From IMG/VR virus record IMGVR_UViG_3300005611_000024, positions 1 through 61,071 of that record: a stretch of DNA of 61,071 bases; one strand, given 5' to 3'. The stretch comes from a virus (lineage: Duplodnaviria; Caudoviricetes). Below the pieces are notes generated by a model. That model searched no databases, was not told where the DNA came from, and saw nothing but the letters and a program-made list of their open reading frames with translations. A program made the translations under genes and the position numbers. Shown here one piece after another: positions 56,136 through 61,071 of the stretch (positions are counted from its first letter, which is position 1; each line of letters opens with the position of its first letter).

Positions 56136-59100
56136 TTAGATATCATTAGGTATTTCTTGGTCAATCATATTTACCATTTGTCTTCTTAACATTTTTCTAT
56201 ATTCTTCTAATGGTTCTAGTAATACTTTTTTCATTTTCCTATCTATAGTAGCATCTCTTTTTATCTTATTTATTTGTGCCTGTACTTGGTTAACTTTTGC
56301 TTTACTTTGATTATATAATTTTATAATAGTTTCAGCATTTGGATTTTCTTGTAGTATCTCATAATATAATAATGGGTTAGTATTTTTAAATAGGTTTACT
56401 TTTGATTCAAGTTCTGAAAATTTCAGACCTGCTTTAGCAAATCTTCTTTGGTCTATATCAGAATACCTACTAAAAAAACTATTAAATATTACAGTATCAA
56501 ACTTAGCTTCAAAATCTTTTTTACCTGTTGCAGTTAAATAAGTGCTATATAAATTTTGAAAAATAGTAGCAAGACCATCTGCGTAATTATTTGCAAAAAA
56601 ATACATTATATTTGGGTCAAAATCATATTCACCAGGTTCAAGACCAAAAACATCACCTTGTACTATCGCTTGTGCTAAATCTTGAAACATAGGTGGAGTA
56701 CTACCGAGTGTTTGATAAGCACTACCATAACGTCTAGATGTTGATAAACTAGTAATAGGACTACCAAAAGCATTAGTATTTGTACTATATTCAAAAATTG
56801 GTCTTAACATAGTAGGTACTGCAGTATCCATAAACCACATAAGAGGCTCTTCAGTTGGTGACATTTTTGAAACAGGAATAGGTGCAAAAGAATCAAGCAT
56901 AATGTTTAACATATTCCCAACTATTTCTATCTTTTCATTTTCATTAGAAAACGCTAATGCGTAAGTTTGTGCACCAAGTGCAGGTAAACCACCTAAACCA
57001 AAACCCCATGGAAATTGTAAAACATCATTATCATTACCTGTAAAAGCACCTATTGGTAATCTTAGATATCTAGTCCATCTTGCAAAATCATCATCAAGTG
57101 TTTTATTACCTTCTTCACCATCAGCGGCAGCTGCACTTGCTAAAGTTGCAAGACCAACCAAAGTATATCCTACACCGAAACCTACAAGCATCATTGTTGA
57201 AGCTCTTTGTCTTGCTATCTCATAATTTTTTTCAAACTCTGCTAATCTTTCTGGATTATTTAATGTAACAGGTGATAAAGATTTTTTAGCTGTTTCTACA
57301 CTTATAAGTGCTGGTGCTATTGATTGAGCTGCTCTAGCCGCACCTGTCATAGAGGCACGGAAAAACATAAACCAAGCTCCTAATTCTCGTCCAGAATATC
57401 CCATTTTCTCAAAGTTTGATAAATTTTTTGCATATGCCGCAGCTGTTTGATTAGCAGCATTCATTACATTTTCTGAAACTTTATTTTTAGGAGTACCATA
57501 TGCGTTTTTAGCTAAATAATTATCTTTTCTTGTTTGGAAAACTGATACTCTTACTGCTAACTCAAATGCACCCATATAAGTATCTGCTAAGTCATAAAGA
57601 ATTTGTCTACTTACCGCAACTTTATTTTGTCCTATTGCTGCTAGTTGTTGTTGGAATGCGGCCTGATTTGATAAAGAAGACATCATAGCTACCATACCTC
57701 CTTGGTCTAAATAATCCATCATAGCTAATCCATAGGGGTTACCCTTTTTATCTAGGTCTCTAGCATATTTTCTTGCTCCATTAACATCACCTCTGATATA
57801 TTTACCTACAATTTTACCTGTGTGAAATATATTACCATCAGTGATACCTCTAGCTATATTATTAACATATCCAGCCATATCTGCATATCCTAAATCTGCC
57901 CCTGTAATATATAAGTTTGTAACAAAATCACGAGCAAAGTTAAGAGGAGCAAATTTAATATTAAATCTGGTATGAAGTTGTCCTATAAGTCCTGTGACTG
58001 TATTACCAATATCTAATAGTAAATTTTCCTGTCTAGGTAAACCTCTAATAGCAGCAACATCTCTTTCGTCTTTTACTGATAAAATTACTAAAGAGCCATC
58101 TGGTTTGAAGTGTACGAAAGTATTATTTTTATTTAATAATTTTTCTATGTCAGGGTCATTTCTGTGTCGTTGTTCAAAAGTAAATTCACCTTCTACTTTA
58201 GCATTTAGAATATTTCCTGTTTTTTCTTTTTGTTCTTTTTCATCAAAATATTTATCATCTCGTAATGCAGTATTGTAAAGAGATGTTGTAAAACCTATTC
58301 TACCTGCTCTTGCAGCTGCCATACTAGCATCTACTATTACTTGAGAAAATGGGTCAGCAGGTACTTTTTGAGAACCTTCCATAGCAGCAGGTAAATCTTT
58401 AAGTCTAGTTGATAACATACCACCACCTGAATCATCTATTAATGCTTCTATAGCTGAGTCCATATCTTTCTTTAAATACCTACCTTTTAAAGGTATATAA
58501 TAATCAAACCCATACATATCAATAAGATTTCTAGATTGTACAGGAGCAAAATTACCTAACTGATTTAAGTCTAGTATACCTTTTATACCATTAGGTACTT
58601 CTTGTGTTTTTTCATGCCCTTTTTGTATTACATTCATTTGTTTCTGTACATCTACAAGTGCCTCATATAACTGAGGATTAGTAGACTTTAGTGCATCTAA
58701 TTCATTTCTATAACGAACACCTGTATCATAATCAAAAAGAGTTGAGTCATATGTAGAACTTTTTATATCCACTGGCACAGGATTTCTTGGAGTTGGATTT
58801 TTTCCAACATATCGTTTACCTAACTTACCATCTGTATAACCATTTTTTGGGTCGGTTAAATATAAAAGTTGTTTTTTATATTGCTCTAACTCTACTTTAT
58901 CTATTTTAGCTTTGCTGTCAGTTATAATATTCATGATATCTTCTCTGTGTTGAGCAGGAGTTTTCTCAACAGTTTTTCCATCTTTTTTTGTATAACGAAT
59001 CGTTTTATTTTCAGCATCTAAAGGCACCGAAAGCATATGTATAACTTCACGTCTTTCGTATTCATGTTGAGCCATTAACAATCTTTGTAAATAACCTCTT

Positions 59101-61053
59101 GCTTGGTCTGGAGTTGCTTTAGGATTCTGCTCCATATAAAGTTCTGTATATTTTTTAAGTGCTTTTTCATAATTTCTCATAATAGGTAACAAAGCTTTTA
59201 AGTAATTATCTGATACACCATTCATTAAAGTAATTTGTTCATAAAAATTATTAAAACCTTCCTCACCTATTATTAACATACCATTTTTTCTCATTTCCTC
59301 TTCTTTAATTTTAAGAGGGTAAGAAATATCAACAAATTTTTGTTGTACTTTAGTCACACTGTCTTGGAAATTTGTAAAGAATTTTTTAATTGATGCACCA
59401 AGTCTAGCAGGTTTTCCTTTAGATTCTTGATATGTATCTATAAATAAAGCTTCATGCTCAGCGGGATTTAATTTTTCAGCTGGGATAGCTACGTCAGTAT
59501 CTTCTTTTAATGCTAATCTCTCACTAGGATTTATAAGCTCGTCAATTATCTGTTTACTTTTACCTTCTTTTAATAAATTATTTGCTCTTATTGTTGCTAT
59601 TTTCCTACTTATTTTTATTCTTTGTTTCGGACTTAATCTTGTAGGTGTCACTCCATAAGTAACTAATCTATCACTTGTTTTTAATAAGTCATCTAATAAT
59701 GAATCTTGAGATGATGGTACAGTTATTCTTGTTCCTATTAATGATTTAAATAAATTTATAATATCACTTAGTAAAGACATAAATCTATTTCTTGGTTGTG
59801 TAACGCTAGGTATACTTTGTAAAAAATCTTTGAAGTCATTATTAGAATATGCCTCTGCAATAAATTCTTGCACATTAGTAAGTCCGTAATATTTTTCACC
59901 TCTTTGCCTAGCCACTTGTCTAGCTCTGTCAATTATACTTGTAATTTGTTGAGCTTGTTCTATAGTAATAAATTTAAAACCATATACTGTAGCTGCATGG
60001 GAAAGTTCGTGTAATAATGTCTTAATTGATTCTTCAGAGTCTAGTTTACCTAATATAAATACATTGTTACCTTTTAAATTTATTCTCCCGCTTTGTGCTG
60101 GACTTAAATACCTACCGAGAGCAACACCTTCTAAAACTATTCCTGGCTCTCCTCTTGCTTTTAATTCTTTACGCTCCATAGCTAACATTTCTTTTTCTGA
60201 TACTACTTTGACATTAACATCACCCATGTTAGGTACAGTTGCTAATCTAGCTGTTAAATTTTTAAATAACTCTAGTTGCTGAATATACTGATTTCTTTGG
60301 TTTGTAGTAAGAGGTTTGTTAGTATCATTATGTAGTATAGGCTTGGTAGTATCTCTAGCCACTCTTAACATTTTATCAATTAAGGGGCTAATATTTCTTA
60401 AAGCATCAGATGCATTTGAAGACTTTTGTAATATACGTTTAGCTTCAGAGTTAGTTACTGGGTTATATCCTTTAGTTGTAAGTTTAAAATCTGGCCCCAA
60501 TATATCGTTATCATAGTTAACATATTCTTCTAAAATATCATCTATTGTATCATCACTTAAACCTTGTCCAGTTAAGTCACTTTTTATATTATCAAGTGTT
60601 TTTTCAACTTGTTTTTCTACTTTATTATTTTCTTTCTTTGTTTCTTCATCTGATTGTATTCCTGATTCCATAACGTTTACTTCTTCTGAATCATAATTAT
60701 CATCTACTCTTTGTGCTTGTCTTTGCAGATTTGAAGTTACTTTTGCTCCAACTGTAGGTGGTTTAAAAGTTTTTACTTCACTGTCTATATAAGACTTATC
60801 ACTATTTGTTCTTTTTAAATAATCATCAAGTATTGGAGAATCGTAAAACTCTTTTCTAATTTTTCCACGGTCTTCCGCTTCCTTTTTAAGTTTTTTAGCA
60901 TCTGCTAATCTTGTTTTTTCAGATTCTGATAATTCTTTTTGTTTTTCAAGCTCCCCTATGGTTTTGTTATAATTTTTAATATCTGCTGTATCCATACCCT
61001 CTTCAAAAATATATTCATTAATATTATTTTCTATAAGCTCGTTAGCAGAATTA
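56136..61053 (-). CDS. C-terminal part of giant polyvalent protein (zincin HExxH domain; LPD38-like C-terminus)
   Basis: LLHELSHAAT...EFIAE; FASMxGAAR / LPxG..PWGFG / PIFEYxxNxNxFG patterns; continuous with 2000-1. Confidence 0.75.
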
Positions 61054-61071
61054 GAACTAGAAAAAGGGTTA
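61054..61071. repeat. Terminal overlap with 1-18
   Basis: Exact match. Confidence 0.95.

Noticed and set aside
56136-61053. Giant protein as an N4-like virion RNA polymerase using the palindromes as hairpin promoters
   Set aside because: No RNAP catalytic motifs recognised; sigma70-type promoters already serve the early region

Overview
The window is an apparently complete ~61 kb, AT-rich tailed-phage genome (podovirus-like gene set). It is circular or terminally redundant: bases 1-18 equal bases 61054-61071. The leftward (minus-strand) arm, ~33.8 kb to 1 and continuing 61053 to 56136, holds morphogenesis genes. These are TerS/TerL, portal, GroES, scaffold, a Mu-gpT-like major capsid protein, a cluster of small very basic proteins, connectors, two S74-chaperone tail fibres, a Gly-rich adhesin, holin plus M15 endolysin, a nozzle, ejection proteins and a ~2305-aa giant protein that spans the contig break. 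The rightward arm (33.9-56.1 kb) holds early genes (AAA+/vWA-peptidase module, TraR-like proteins, DenV-like glycosylase) and replication genes (PolA, PD-(D/E)XK nuclease, SNF2 helicase, SSB-like, primase-helicase). No integrase, tRNA or CRISPR array was recognised. The most notable unexplained structures are: (i) nine copies of a 16-bp palindrome RCTGAGAWWTCTCAGY, seen only in the early region and mostly 20-27 nt before start codons; (ii) an iteron/IHF-site origin-like locus at 36.6-37.0 kb; (iii) a pseudoknotted RNA after the capsid gene that abuts a Shine-Dalgarno (SD); and (iv) a recurring hydrophobic-x-x-GG signal shared by basic core-like proteins and ejection proteins. All family names come from motif recognition by eye, not from database searches.
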